The position numbers and the translations under genes were made by a program. From Chiloscyllium plagiosum (taxonomy: Eukaryota): a stretch of 64,000 bases of DNA. The notes below the pieces were generated by a model. The model did no database searches. It saw only the letters and a program-made list of their open reading frames with translations, and was not told the DNA's origin. Below are positions 38,205-50,804 of the stretch, one piece after another (positions within the stretch are counted from its first letter, which is position 1; every line of letters starts with the position of its first letter). The stretch spans positions 21,796,745 through 21,860,744 of the forward strand of contig NC_057749.1 in the NCBI RefSeq assembly GCF_004010195.1, given 5' to 3'.

Positions 38205-39067
38205 ACCATTTTACACTGAGAGTGTCACACTGAAGGTGTCATGTTGAGAATGTTACACTGAAGGTGTTGCACTGAGAGTGTCACAGTGAGAGTGTTACAT
38301 TGATAGTGTTACATTGTGAATTTTGTGTTGAGGGTGTTACACTGAGAGTGTTAGACTGAGAGTCTTATGCTGAGTGTGTAACCCTGAGGGTGTTACCCTG
38401 GGAATGTTGCACTGATGTTGTTCCACTGAGAGTGTTACGGTCAGACTGTTATACTGTGGGTGTCACAGTGAGAATGTTATAGTGAGTGTATTACACTGAG
38501 AGTATTACACTGGGAATGTTACAGTCAGACTGTTATACTGTGGGTGTCACATTGAGAATTTTATAGTGAGTGTATTGCACTGAGAGTATTACTCTGGGAG
38601 TGTTACATTGAGAGTGCTACACTGAGGGTGTCACAAGTGTGTTAAACTGACAGTGTGATACACTGAGGGTGTTTTGCTGCAGGTGGTAGACTGAGGGGCC
38701 TACACTGAGGGTGTTACATTGAGGGTGTTAAGGGAGTTACGTGAGAGTGTTACACTGAGAGAGTCAAGTAAGTGTGCTATACTGAGAGAGTTACTCTGAG
38801 GGTGTCACACTGAGAGTATCATACTAAGGTGTTACACTGAGGGTGTTACAGTGAGAGTGTTCTACTGAGGGTGTGACAGTGAGTGTGTTACACGGTTAGT
38901 GTTACACTGAGTGTGTTATACTAAGGGCATTACAGTGATCTCTGAGAGTGTTACGGTGAGTGTGTTACTTTGATAGTGTGACATTGTGAGTGTTGAATTG
39001 AGGGTATTGTACTGAGAGCATTTAAAGTGTTACGCTGAGGGTATTAGACTGAGAGTGTTATATTGAG

Positions 39068-40362
39068 AGTGATAGGTGATATGGTTTTGTGCAGGAAAAG
39101 TCATGCCTTATCAACTTAAATAGAATTCTTTGAGGAAGTGACAAAGTTGATTGTTGAGGGAAGGGTTGTAGATGTCATATACATGGACTGCAGTAAGGTG
39201 TTTGAGAAAGTTCCCCACGGTAGGCTGTGGGGAAGGTGAAGTCGCATGGGGTCCAGGGTGTACTAGCTAGATGGATAGAAAACTGTCTGGGCAACTGGAG
39301 ACAGAGAGGAGAGGTGGAAGGGAGTTTCTCAAAATGGAGAACTGTGACCAGTGGTGTTCCACAGGGATCTGTGCTGGGACCACTGTTGTTTGTGGTATTC
39401 ATAAATGATCTGGAGGAAGGTATAGGTGGTCTGAATAGCAAGTTTGCAGATGACACTAAAATTGGTGGAGTAGCAGATAGCGAAGGGGACTGTCAGAGAA
39501 TGCAGCAGAATATAGATAGATTGGAGAGGTGGGCAGAGAAATGACAGATGGAGTTCAATCTGGGTAAATGCGAGGTGATGCATTTTGGAATATTCAATTC
39601 AAGAGTGAACTATATAATAAATGGAAAAGTCCTGGGGAAAATTGATGTACAGAGATATCTGGGTGTTCAGGTCCATTATACCCTGAAGGTGGCAACATAG
39701 CTCTATAGATTGGCCAAGAAGGCATACAGCATGCTTTCCTTCATCAGACGGGGTATTGAGTACAAGAGTTGGCAGGTCATGTTACAGTTGTATAGGGCTT
39801 TGGTTCGGCCACGTTTGGAATACTGTGTACAGTTCTGATCGCTACATCACCAAAAGGATGTGAATGCTTTGGAGAAGGTGCAGAGGAGGTTCACCAGGAT
39901 GTTGCCTGGTATGGCGGGTGCTAGTTATGAAGAGAGGTTGAGCAGATTAGGATTATTTTCATTAGAAAGATGGAAATTGAGGTGGGCCCTGATTGAGATC
40001 TACAAAATCATGAGAGGTATAGACAGGGTGGATAGCAAGAAGTTTTTTTCCCAGAGTGGGGGATTCACTTACTAGGAGTCATGAGTTCAAAGTGAGAGGG
40101 GAAAACTTTAGGGGAGATATGCATGGAAAGTTCTTTATGCAGAGGGTGCTGGGTGCCTGGAATGCATTGCCAGTGGAGGTGGTAGAGGCGGGCATGATAG
40201 TGTCATTTAAGATGTATCCAGACAGATACATGAATGGGCAGGGAGCAGAGGGATACAGATCCTTAGAAAATAGGCGACAGGTTTAGATAGAGGGTCTGGA
40301 TCAGCACAGGCTTGGAGGGCCGAAGGGTCTGTTCCTGTGCTGTCATGTTCTTTGTTCTTTGT
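39068..40362 (+). mobile_element. 5'-truncated CR1 LINE (RT domain plus 3' end), pseudogenised
   Basis: SGVPQGSVLGPLLFVVFINDL..SKFADDTK RT motifs; LEKVQRRFTRMLPG; tail tgttctttgttctttg; very similar to 63243-64000. Confidence 0.95.
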
Positions 40363-41713
40363 CTTATACTGAGTGTGTGACCCTAATGATGTTACATAGA
40401 GAGTATTAATCTGAGTGTGTTTTCCAAGGAATGTTGCACTGATATTGTCCCACTGAGTGTGTTACAGTGCGACTGCTACACTGTGGGTGTCACATTGAGA
40501 GTGTTACAGTTAGTGTCTTACACTTAGAATGTTACACTGCAAGTGTTACACTGGGAGTGTTACATTGAGAATGTTACACTGAGTGTATTACACTGAGGAT
40601 GTTATATTGAGAGTGTTACATTGAGAGTGTTAGGCTGAAAGTATTACTCTGTGAGTGTTTAAAATGTCTTACACTGAGAGTGTGATATACTGAGGTTGTT
40701 ATGCTGAGTGTATTAGACTGAGGGTGTGACACTGAGAGTGTTACAATGAGACTGTTACACTGAGGGTGTGACACTGACAGTGCGGCACTGGAGTGTTACA
40801 CTGAGGATATAGAGTATGGGTATTACAATGAGAGGTTTATAGTGAATGTGTTACATTGTGAGTATTACACTGACAGTGTTATGCTGAGGGTGTTAACGCT
40901 GAGAATGTAACACTTAGTGAGTCAAGTGAGGATGTTACACTAATGGTGTTGCAATTATAGTGTTGCAGTGAGTGTGCTACAGAGAGAGAGTTACACAGAG
41001 AGCGTCACACTGAGGGTGTCACACTGAGTGTGTAACAGTGAGTGTGTTATGCTGAGATTGTTATAACAAGTGAGTTACAGTGAGTGTGTTTCACTGAGGG
41101 TGTTACACCAGTGTGTTACAATGAGCATGTTACACTGAGGCTGTTACACTGAGTGTGTTACACTGAAAAGTTTATACTGAGTGTGTTACAACGAGTGTGT
41201 ACTGTGAGTCTGCTATAATGAGCTGTTACACTGAGTACTACAGTGAGTGTGCTATGCTGAGGGTGTCACATGGAGAGTGTTACACTGAGGCTGTTACACT
41301 GAGGATCTCATGCAGAGGATGTTACAGTATGAGTGTGACAGTGAGTGTGTTACACTGAAGATGTTATACTGAGGGCATCACAGTGAGTGTCTTACACTGA
41401 ACATGTTACAGTGAAAATATTACACTGAATGTGACAGTGAGAGTGTTACACTGATAGTGTTACAGTGAGAGTGTTACGGTGAGTGTGTTATACCAAGGCT
41501 ATTACACTGATGGTGTGACAGTGAGGATGTTACACTGATAGTGTTCCCCTGAGTGTGTTACATTGAGTGTGTTACACTGAGTGTGTTACACTGAGTGCAT
41601 TACTGTGAGTGTGTTACATTGAAGTTGTTATATTGAAAGTGTTACACTGGGAGTATTACAGTGGGATTGTTACATTGAGAGAGGCTGTTACACTGAGGCT
41701 GTTACACTGAGGC

Positions 41714-42798
41714 TTTTTTTTATAGCAATATTTTTATTAAAAAACTTCTTCAAATCTTTTCAAAACAACTATATAAAAACAATCCCAAAATACAAAAAAG
41801 ATCGAGGTAGTACAACAATGTCATATCACAACGCTATTATTGATAAACTGCCTACTATTCTACCAGAACAAACCTATCGACTTAAACTAAACTGCAATCG
41901 AATTAAATAAAAAAAATTAATTAAGCAGAATTCAAATTATCTTAAATTATATCACATTACTTCATTCTATTTCACTCAACGCACCTCCACTAAAACTCTC
42001 GCCCCTGGGAGAACCAGTCATTGTACCTGTATTATTTTTTTCCCCCAACCTCCCCCTCCTAGGGCTCCATTGATGCTCAAACTGATCCCCACAGCTATAT
42101 CACAGCCCTAATTAATATTGCCAATAAATCTGTGTCAATATAATTGAGAAAGAGCCGCCATGTCTTATAAAACTACTCCATTTTGTGGTGCACCATATTT
42201 GTGAGGTAGTCTTGGGGAAGTATGTTCCATCACCAGCCTGCACCACCTCATTAGACCTAGGGCTTTTTCTAACGTCCAATTCATTGAAATGTTCTTCCTC
42301 GCACAATGGGTAAGAACGTTACACAATCTCTTCCTGTGTTCCCCCAGAGAGGACAAATTTGGCAACCCCAGAAGAAGAAATACCGGGTCCACTCTGACTT
42401 CAATTCCCAGGATTTCCTTCAGCTTCCTTAATATGGCACTCCAGTATCTCTGGATCTTGCAACATGACCAGTAGCAGTGTGTAAGAGTGCCTATACTAAT
42501 TTTACACTTGGGACACTCTGGAGAGGCTCCTCTCTTGAACTTAGCTAGCCTCTCTGGTGCCATATGAGCCCTATGTAAAATCTGCAATTGTATGGCTTGC
42601 GCTTTGTTACAGATTGAGATTTTCTTTACATTTTCCCAGATATTTTCCCATGTTTCCAGTGAAATATCCTCTTCTAGTTCACGATCCCAAGTCCTACAGA
42701 GTCTCTCCATATCTCCTAAGGCACATCCCTTCTGTAAATAATACAAAGTACTAACTGAAAGAGAGCCCATGTACTCTTTTCTCCACGTCTGACTTGTA
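41714..42798 (-). mobile_element. L1-clade LINE 3' end (C-terminal zinc-knuckle region, 3'UTR, polyA)
   Basis: ORF 42165-42770 has W..EL...I....W.....K.LHRAH..P.RL..CPKC....TLTHCYWSC..I..YW, typical of fish-type L1 ORF2 C-termini; on the minus strand AATAAA is followed by an A8 tail ending at 41714. Confidence 0.8.
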
Positions 42799-43469
42799 AG
42801 GCTGTTACATTGAGAATGTTACAGTGAGTGTGTTACACTCCAAATGTTACAATGAGATTGAGTTGTGTTTAGTGTGTTATACTGAGTGTGTTAACCTGAG
42901 TGTGTTACAGTGAGTATGTTACACTGATAGTGTTACACCATGAGTAGCTTAGACTGAAAGTGTTACAGGGAGAGCGTTCCAGTCAGAGTGTTATACTGAG
43001 GGTTTTACACTAATAGTGTTACAGTGACAGTGTTACATTGAGTGTGTTACACTGAAGGTGTTACATTGAGAGTGTTACAGTGAGTGTGTTACTGTGAGTG
43101 TGCTGCATGGGGAATGTCACACTGTATTGTTAGAATACAGTGTTAGGGTGTTATCACGAGTAGCCTAGACTGAGAACATTAGAGGGACAGTGTTACACTG
43201 AGGGCGTTATACTGAGAGTTGTACAATGAGAGTGTTACAATGATGGTGTTACACTTGGAGTGTTACACAGAGGGTTTTAACCTGACAGTGTTATAGTGAG
43301 AGTAGTACATTAAGTGTGTTACAGTGAGGGTGTTACAGTCACAATGTTACAGTGAGTGTGTTACATTAAGAGTGTTGCACTAAGAGTTTTCAGTGAGAGT
43401 GTTACACAGAGAGTGTAACACCGAGAATTTTACAGTGAGAGTTTTACACTGATTTTATTGTTCTGAGAC

Positions 43470-43595
43470 CGTGATGAAGGGCAAATGCCCGAAACATCAA
43501 TTCTCCTGCTCTCGGATGCTGCCTGACCTGCTGTGCTTTTCCAGCACCACACTCTCGACTGCGATCTCCAGCATCTGCAGTCCTTACTTTCTCCT
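43470..43595 (+). mobile_element. Short PLE-derived element, family B, in the satellite
   Basis: gtgatgaagggcaaatgcccgaaacatcaattctcctgct...gcatctgcagtccttactttctcct. Confidence 0.75.
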
Positions 43596-44353
43596 GAGAG
43601 TGTAATGTGGAGAGTGTTACACTGAGGGTGCTATAATGAGTGTGTTATGTTGAGAGTATTATAGTGACTGTGTTACTCTGGGAGTGTTACAGTGATAGTG
43701 TTATGGTGAATGCATTACACTGAGCGTGTTACAGAGAGTGTATTACACTGAGGGTGTCACACTGAGTGTGTTATATTGAGAGTGTAATACTGAGAGGTTT
43801 TCAGTGAAAGTGTTACACCGAGAATGTTGCAGTGAACATATTACACTGAGAGTGTTACAGGAAGAGTGTTCCACTGAGAGTCTTGCACTGAGGGTGTTAC
43901 ACTGAAGGTGTTACAGTGAGGGTCTTGCTCTGAGAGTGTTACACTGATGATGTTATGCTGAGAGTTTCACTGAGAGTGTTACAGTGAGAGTTTTACACTG
44001 AGGGTATTATACTGAGAAAGTTACAATTTGAGTGTTACACTGAGAATGCTACACTGAGAATGTTACAGCGAGTGTGTTACATTGAGGATATTTGTTGGTG
44101 GTAAGTTTAAGATTTTCACTATTTTTTTTGAGGATTTTTCAGGATATTGCATTTAGGAGATTGTAATACCTTGCAAATATTACATTAAATGTATTAGAAC
44201 AGATTTAAGTTAAAAATCAGACAAGTTATTGTCCCAACAGGTTTATTTGACACTATAGGCTTTTGTAAAGCTGTTCCTTTGTTCATTACAACAGTTTGAC
44301 CAAAGTATTATATTAGAGGGATTAATAGCTGTGGACATGCTTTATAGGTCTGT

Positions 44354-44719
44354 GGGGAAATCACAATGGCTCAGTAGTTTGCAATGCTGCCTCACAGCGC
44401 CAGGGATCTGTCTGTGTGGAGTTTACATGTTCTCCCCCGTGTCTGTGTGGGTTTCCTCCGGGTGCTCCGGTTTCCTCCCACAGTCCAAAGATGTGCAGGT
44501 TAGGGGGGATTGGCCATGCTAAATTGCCCATCGTGGTCAGAGATGTGTAGGTTAGGTGCATTAGTCATGGATAAATGTAGAGCATAGGGGAATGGGTCTG
44601 GGTGGGTTACTCTTCGGAGGCTTGGTGTGCACTTGTTGGCCAAGGTTTTTATTCATTTGTGGGACTTGGGGCGTCACTGGCTGGCCAGCCAGCATTAATA
44701 GCCTGTTTTCACACTGTAA
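44354..44719 (+). mobile_element. HE1-like V-SINE with a short insert (3' tail of the second SINE/LINE family) at ~44643-44700
   Basis: V-domain core; tail resumes as gcctgttttcacactgtaat. Confidence 0.8.
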
Positions 44720-45423
44720 TTACGGTGATATGACTTGCTGGTGAATAGGCAGATAGATGTGCAGAGTCAGGGTTCTGGGAAAGGGGATAGCATTATCCTG
44801 GTGGCTGACGTTTGAGTGAGTAGCCATCAATCCCACAGTCCCCCACTTCCTTTGGCTGAATCCTTTACCGAGGGTTTTCACAAACTCAACTGATCCTTGC
44901 TTCACTGTCCCTCCACATCTCGATATCTATCCCCGACACTGCTGTCTACTGGGGCCTGAGTCATGGTCAGTCCTCCTAGCAACCTCCCTACATTAGTGAG
45001 CAACAATAGCTTGAGAATTAAATGACACCCCTAGCCCCATTAACACCCCGACATGTAATTACCAAACACACATTGTTAATGTTGTTACAAAGATTTAGTG
45101 TGCTAACTTTATAAGGTGCAGCAATGATATTGATGTGAGTGCTGGTCTTAGCCTTCGTTCCAGTAGGTTTTATGTTTATTAAATCTCAGCCAAGTTGAGA
45201 GATTGTATTATTTCTACATCAAGCAAACATGTGTAATTGACCGTGTCTATATAACAAGGTTTGTGGATTGTACAATTTGTTAAACACTCTCACAATGCAA
45301 TACTTCAATTTCCAGTTACACATCACATCTGATCACATCCTCATCACTTCCTGAGCACTTACCTCTGATCAGTTGTCGTTCCAATGACATCCCTTTGATT
45401 CTGTGGTTAACTGGCTAGAGGAA

Positions 45424-45717
45424 TTAGATTAGATTACATTACAGTGTGGAAACAGGCCCTTCGGCCCAACAAGTCCACACCGACCCGCCAAAGCGCAACC
45501 CACCCATACCCCTACATTTACCCCTTACCTAACACTACGGGCAATTTAGCATGGCCAATTCACCTGACCTGCACATCTTTGGACTGTGGGAGGAAACCCA
45601 CACAGACACGGGGAGAATGTGCAAACTCCACACAGTCAGGCGCCTGAGGCAGGAATTGAACCCGGGTCTCTGGCGCTGTGAGGCAGCAGTGCTAACCACT
45701 GTGCCACCGTGCCACCC
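45424..45717 (-). mobile_element. HE1-like V-SINE
   Basis: Reverse complement of 182-481. Confidence 0.92.
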
Positions 45718-45718
45718 A

Positions 45719-46050
45719 TAAATGTTGATTGCACACTTCACAACCTTAGGATGTCTCAAAGTGCTTCACAGCTGATGAAATAGTTTTGTTTTAAAAACTA
45801 CCATCGCAGTGTAGAAAACGTGACAAACAAACCTCACAAATGCGAAACCTTGCAAAGAGCAATGAGATCATGGCCAAATCATCTGTTTTGTTGGTGAACT
45901 ACCAGTTTCTCAGAGAGAGAGAGAGAGCAGATGGGACCTTGCTTAAAGTGACATCTAACAGGTGGAGCTCCTGACAATGCAGCACTCCCTCAGTGCCAGC
46001 CCTGATGCAGCCTTTGAGTTCTGAAACCTCAATGTGAGTTGCACTGAGCT
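45719..46050 (-). mobile_element. Ancient DeuSINE (SacSINE1/AmnSINE-like) remnant
   Basis: Minus strand reads actgagggagtgctgcattgtcagga...aaacagatgatttggccatgatctcattgct...gctgtgaagcactttgagacatcctaaggttgtgaag, resembling the Deu domain and tail as I recall them. Confidence 0.6.
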
Positions 46051-46381
46051 GACACTGATGGGTTTTGACTGGGTCACTGCCCAAATTATCGTTCAATGAT
46101 CTTCCACAAGTTCTACTGCTGGAACCCCAGTGGTGAGGGCAAGCTGGACATTGATAAATTCATTTGCTGAATCCACTTTCCCATCCCCCGATTGATAGGA
46201 GTGGTTTCCCTGAGCTCACCTCAGTAACTGAACCCTTCCATTTGTAAGGGAACATTGCCCTGAAATGTCCACGGTAATGCTGCAGCTTCACCAGCAACAC
46301 AGAGAAGTTGAGAACTCCCACAATGAGATTGACCTATAAGCTCACCGTTCAGAGTAATAGTTGCTTGCCCAGGTCTCTGAC

Positions 46382-46700
46382 TGAGTCCTAGAGTCTTACA
46401 GTACAGACCCTTCGGTCTAATCCATCCACGTCTAACAGAATCCCAAAATAATCTAGTCCCACCTGCCTGCTCCTGGCCCATACGCCTCCAAACCTTTCCT
46501 ATTCATGTGCTTACCTCAGTGTCTTTTAAACATTGTGACCATCCACCACTTCCTCAGGAAGTTCATTCCACACACAAACCATCCTTTGTGTAAAATAAAA
46601 TTGCCCTTCATGTTTTTTTTAAAATCTCTCTCCTTAGAAATGTGCCCCCTGGTCTTGAAATCCCACATCTCAAGGAAAAGACAACTACCATTAACCCAAT
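46382..46700 (-). mobile_element. CR1 3' fragment
   Basis: ctagtcccacctgcctgctcctggcccat...ccacttcctcaggaagttcattccacac. Confidence 0.85.
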
Positions 46701-47503
46701 CGAGGCTGATAGACAGCTACTTCCTTCCTAATCTTGAAATTAGTCTGATCATATGTAGATGAGGGCTGCACTCTCACACTGACTAATCCAATGGCGCATC
46801 ATATAGAGTGGCCCAACCAGTGGGATGTAAGACATTGCATGGCAGATAAAGTGATTTATAACTGATGCCCACACCTTACTGCTTCAACACAACAGTCTAA
46901 GGTTCCTCCTCATTGTCCCTTCGCTCCCTTCCTCCATCAGACGGCTCCTCTACTTCCATACCATACTCCCACATTCCTGATATGACCCCCTTCTCTTCCT
47001 TCTCTCTTCCCCAACCGCACCATTAGTTTTTCACCACAACTCACACCGCGTCTTTCTCGCACTCGGCTTCCCATCCGACCTCTCACCTATTGTCCTCCCC
47101 TTCTCCACTTCCCAATCACGTGCTCCTCCATTGCCTGGCCTCCCCTCACACTTTCTTCCGTCAGCCTCACCCTCCCCATTTCCTTCCTGTGCTGCTGTTG
47201 TTCACAGTCTCCTCCCCTTCTCCCATTTCACCATCTTCACCCCATTTCTCGGGTAATAAGACAGCACAAGTAACTGAAGTGATAGTAGAGGAACACTTTG
47301 GGTGGGAAGAATTGTCGGCTCCTTGTGGAAATATTTGTATAATCAATAATGACGGGTAAGGTGCCTGAGTGGCTAATGTTGCACCTTTGTTTGTGAAGGG
47401 ATACAAGGAGAAGCCTGGGAACGACAGGCCTGCGAGTCTGACTTCAGTGATGTTTAAGTTAATCGAGGTGATTCTGAAGGATAGGATTTATATTTTAAAA
47501 AAT

Positions 47504-47813
47504 GGGCAGCATGGTGGCACAGTGGTTAGCACTGCTGCCTCACAGCACCAGAGATCCAGGTTCGATTCCTGCCTCAGGCGACTGTCTGTGAGGAGTTTGC
47601 ACATTCTCCCCGTGTCTGCGTGGGTTTCCTCCGGTTTCCTCCCACAGTCCAAAAATGTGCAGGTCAGGTGAATTGGCCATGCTAAATTGCCTGTAGTGTT
47701 AGGTGAAGGGGTAAATGTAGGGGAATGGGTCTGGGTTGGTTGCTCTTTGGAGGGTCAGTGTGGACTTGTTGGGCTGAAGGGCCTGTTTCCACACTGTAAG
47801 CAATCTAATCTAA
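47504..47813 (+). mobile_element. HE1-like V-SINE next to a short CR1 RT fragment (47355-47490)
   Basis: Full head, V-domain and (atcta)n tail; upstream ANVAPLFVKG.KE.PGN.RP.SLTSV. Confidence 0.9.
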
Positions 47814-48639
47814 TTTCCATCCCTCTCCTCCTCCAACACTTGCTACTTTTTCACAATCTTCCAAGACTGTCTTGATTCAAGAATTGGGGCACTGAATGGG
47901 AAAAAATATCTGCTCTCAGGCAAAATGTGATTTGGTCAGAAATCAGCTAATCAAAGAAGCATGGAGGTACACAGCGCAGAAACAAGCCCAACGCATCCAT
48001 GCTGACCAAGTTTTCTGGTTGTATCTTCAGTAATCTCTCTGGAATCTAAATCACCTCTCTTGTGTCTTTTCAAAGTGCTCCTCAAAACTCCAACCGAGAT
48101 ATTAATCGCCTCTCCTAACATATGACATGGACTGCTGTCAGCTTTTGTTTTATAATCTGCCTGGGACCCAGGATGGGATTTTTCATCAGTTTGATGGGAT
48201 TTTTCATCAGGTACTATATAAATGTAGGCTGTTGTTGCAAGTGCCAAATCCCAGCCATGGACAAACACACAAATCAGGAACAGAAATAAAGCTCAGACGT
48301 TAGGATCTAATGAAGGCAATCAAAGTCTGAGGAGTTAACAAATCTGACCGATAAGGGAATGTCTATAGATGCTGCTTCCATGGACTTTCGGAAAACATTT
48401 GATCAGGTTCCACATGAGAGACTATTGGAAAAATGTTTGGGATGTAGGCGGAATAGAAAGGAACCTTCATTCATTTTGAAGAAGTTGTTCAATGAAATGA
48501 AAAAAGGAAATTTGTGTAGAAGGTCAAAGAGATTTTGGTTACATCATTAGAGCTGACAGTAGGTGGAGTTATTGCAACGAAACATCAATGTAAGATATGA
48601 GAGAGGGGGTTGTGGAGAGTTTGTTCATCATTGCAGGAA

Positions 48640-49430
48640 AGCGGTGGTGCTTTACCAATGATATAGCATTTTGGTCGAAAGAGGGCCTTGGTTAGTGTTG
48701 TAGAACAGAGGGACCTGGGCATTCAGGTTCATGATTCTTTGACATTTGCGCCACAAGGTGGTTAGGAACAGGGAAGTCATGTTCAGATTGTGCAGGATGT
48801 TGGAGGGGCCTCTTCTGGGGTACTGTGTCCAATTCTGTTTGGCCACTTACAGGAAGGACATTGTTAAGCTGGAAAGGGTTCAGAGAAGATTTACAGAGAT
48901 GGAAGGTTTGAGTTTCTAATGAGTGGTTGGAATAGGCTGGGACTTTTGTTACTGAAGTGTAGGAGGTTGATGGGTGACCTTCAAGAGGTTTTTAAAATCA
49001 TGAGGGGCATAAATAAGGTGAATGGCAGGTTTTGTATTCCCTGGGGTGGGAGGATTCAAGACTTGGGGCATACTTTTAAAGTCAGAGGAGAAAGATTTAA
49101 AAAGGACATGAGGGGAATTTTATTTTTACACAGAGTGTGTGGAATGTGTGGAATGAACTTCCAGAGGAAGTGATGGAGTATGGGTACAGTTACAACATTT
49201 AAAAGACATTTGGATAAGTCCATGAATAGGAAATGTTTGGTGGGATATGGGCAAAGCACAGGCAGGTGGGACTAGTTTAGTTTGGGATTATGGTCGGCAT
49301 GGACTGGTTGGGCTGAAGGGTCCAATTTCATGCTGTACGACTCTGGGGTTACATTAACTTAGGATATTTATTGGCATGGATGAGTTAGAATGAAGGGACT
49401 GTTTCCACATTGTACAGCTCTATGACTCTA
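48640..49430 (+). mobile_element. Degenerate CR1 3' region
   Basis: RLGLLLLKCRRLMGDLQEVFKIMRGI; CR1 tails. Confidence 0.85.
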
Positions 49431-50138
49431 TGCTATGAAAGTATAGATGCGTACTATACTTTAAGAGAGGGTGAAAGCTGTCAAGGACTTAACAAGCACA
49501 ATGTGTGCTGACCAATTTAAAAATGTAACATTTGGCTGTGAAACAAATAGCTGGAGCTGTGTTGCCTTGGTACACAACAAATTCGAATTTGGCCAATCAG
49601 TTTAAATTATGCCCCAAGATACCAAAATCCAATCGAATTAGATTTTAAGGTTTTGATGACATCAAACCAATGAGACAGTCTGATGTTTTGGGATATATAA
49701 AATCAGGCATTTGGAACAATTACCCAGCACCAACAGACTGTACCCGCAGAATCGCTCTCTGAAAGGTAACTTTTCATGTGAAATCTGTGAAGCAGAAGAC
49801 TGAAGAAAAGAAGACAGGAAAATACAGAGAAAAATACAGAGGAAAATTGACACAGCTGACTGGTTTTGAAATTTGAATCTTTTGTAAAACATAATCAGTA
49901 TATTGTTCTAGAGTGGGAGGTAGATAAATTGATTAGACCAAGGACGTTTACAGTGTAGATAGTTGTTGTTAACTTTTTTTTAAACTTGAAGTTAAAGAAT
50001 AAATTGTTAATTTTTTTTCTTTAAATAGTGGGATTTAGTAGTTCCTTGTTGCTCATACTTTAACAGATGATGAGACTAAGTGAGCTTTTCTGTGTGTCTG
50101 GTTTAAATTAGCAGAAGGGTTTACCCTGTGTCATAACA
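49431..50138 (+). mobile_element. Solo LTR (family L1)
   Basis: TG...CA termini, CCAAT boxes, TATATAA at 49694, AATAAA at 49998; reverse-complement homolog of 28508-29529. Confidence 0.75.
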
Positions 50139-50804
50139 ACTATGCTATACTGTGATCCATATGGGTATACGCAGTTACACATGTCATGTCACGCTATTAC
50201 AGGGAGGGAAAAGGAATAGATGTGGTTAGGGTTGGATCACACCAACATCCACCAGCTCCTATATGCTACAGCTGTATCACATTGTCTGCCCAGACACCAC
50301 CGTTCTGTTAAATTAATTAGTTTGGATGCTAAATATTTTAAAAGTTAATTTCTTAACTGTACCCTTCAGCTGCAGAAATAACCTCTTGATTTAAACTCTT
50401 TGGCCAATCAAAGGAGAGTCTGAAGAGATTCCTCCCATTCAAATACCTGTTTGCCATCACAGTTTGGTTTTGACAAGACAGAAACAGGTTGTAGGGTCTC
50501 TCTGCCCTCACTTGTTTTTCCATCCCATTGTGATGTCCTTCTCATACAGGCGTGTCCTTCTCCTCATGAAGCTGCTGTCCCCACTCTCTATATGGTGCAT
50601 TCTTTAACAACATCGTGACTGATAGCAGTTTGGATTCACCTTTCTGATGTGAATCTGACCAATATAGGTTCCTCCTTGCCATGAACCCCCAGACATTTCC
50701 CTGTTTTATTGCAGACTTTAGGCATAGAAACACATGTCAGCCAATCACCTAAACGTTCAACTGTTCAAATGTCCCTAAATGTGATCTCCTTTTCAATTGA
50801 CCTT

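Larger units (their letters stand above)
32064..44090. repeat. ~12 kb degenerate tandem array of a 14-bp unit (consensus TGTTACACTGAGAG/TGTTACACTGAGGG) with nested TEs
   Basis: Continuous 14-bp periodicity, e.g. tgttacactgagagtgttacactgagagtgtt at 35161. Confidence 0.95.

Noticed and set aside
42165..42770. Host zinc-finger gene exon
   Set aside because: Motif pattern, 3'UTR with polyA and position inside the satellite indicate an L1 ORF2 C-terminus
32064..44090. CRISPR-like array
   Set aside because: Head-to-tail 14-bp units with no unique spacers, no cas genes, vertebrate context
46900..47250. Pyrimidine-rich tract with Pro/Ser-rich ORF
   Set aside because: Low complexity; no recognisable domain or splice support
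48173..48210. Short tandem duplication gatgggatttttcatcag (x2)
   Set aside because: Isolated ~21-bp slippage duplication with no further structure
28508..50138. One intact LTR retrotransposon bounded by the two homologous LTRs
   Set aside because: The LTRs are in opposite orientation, diverged and 20 kb apart; the Gypsy remnant between them has its own different LTR
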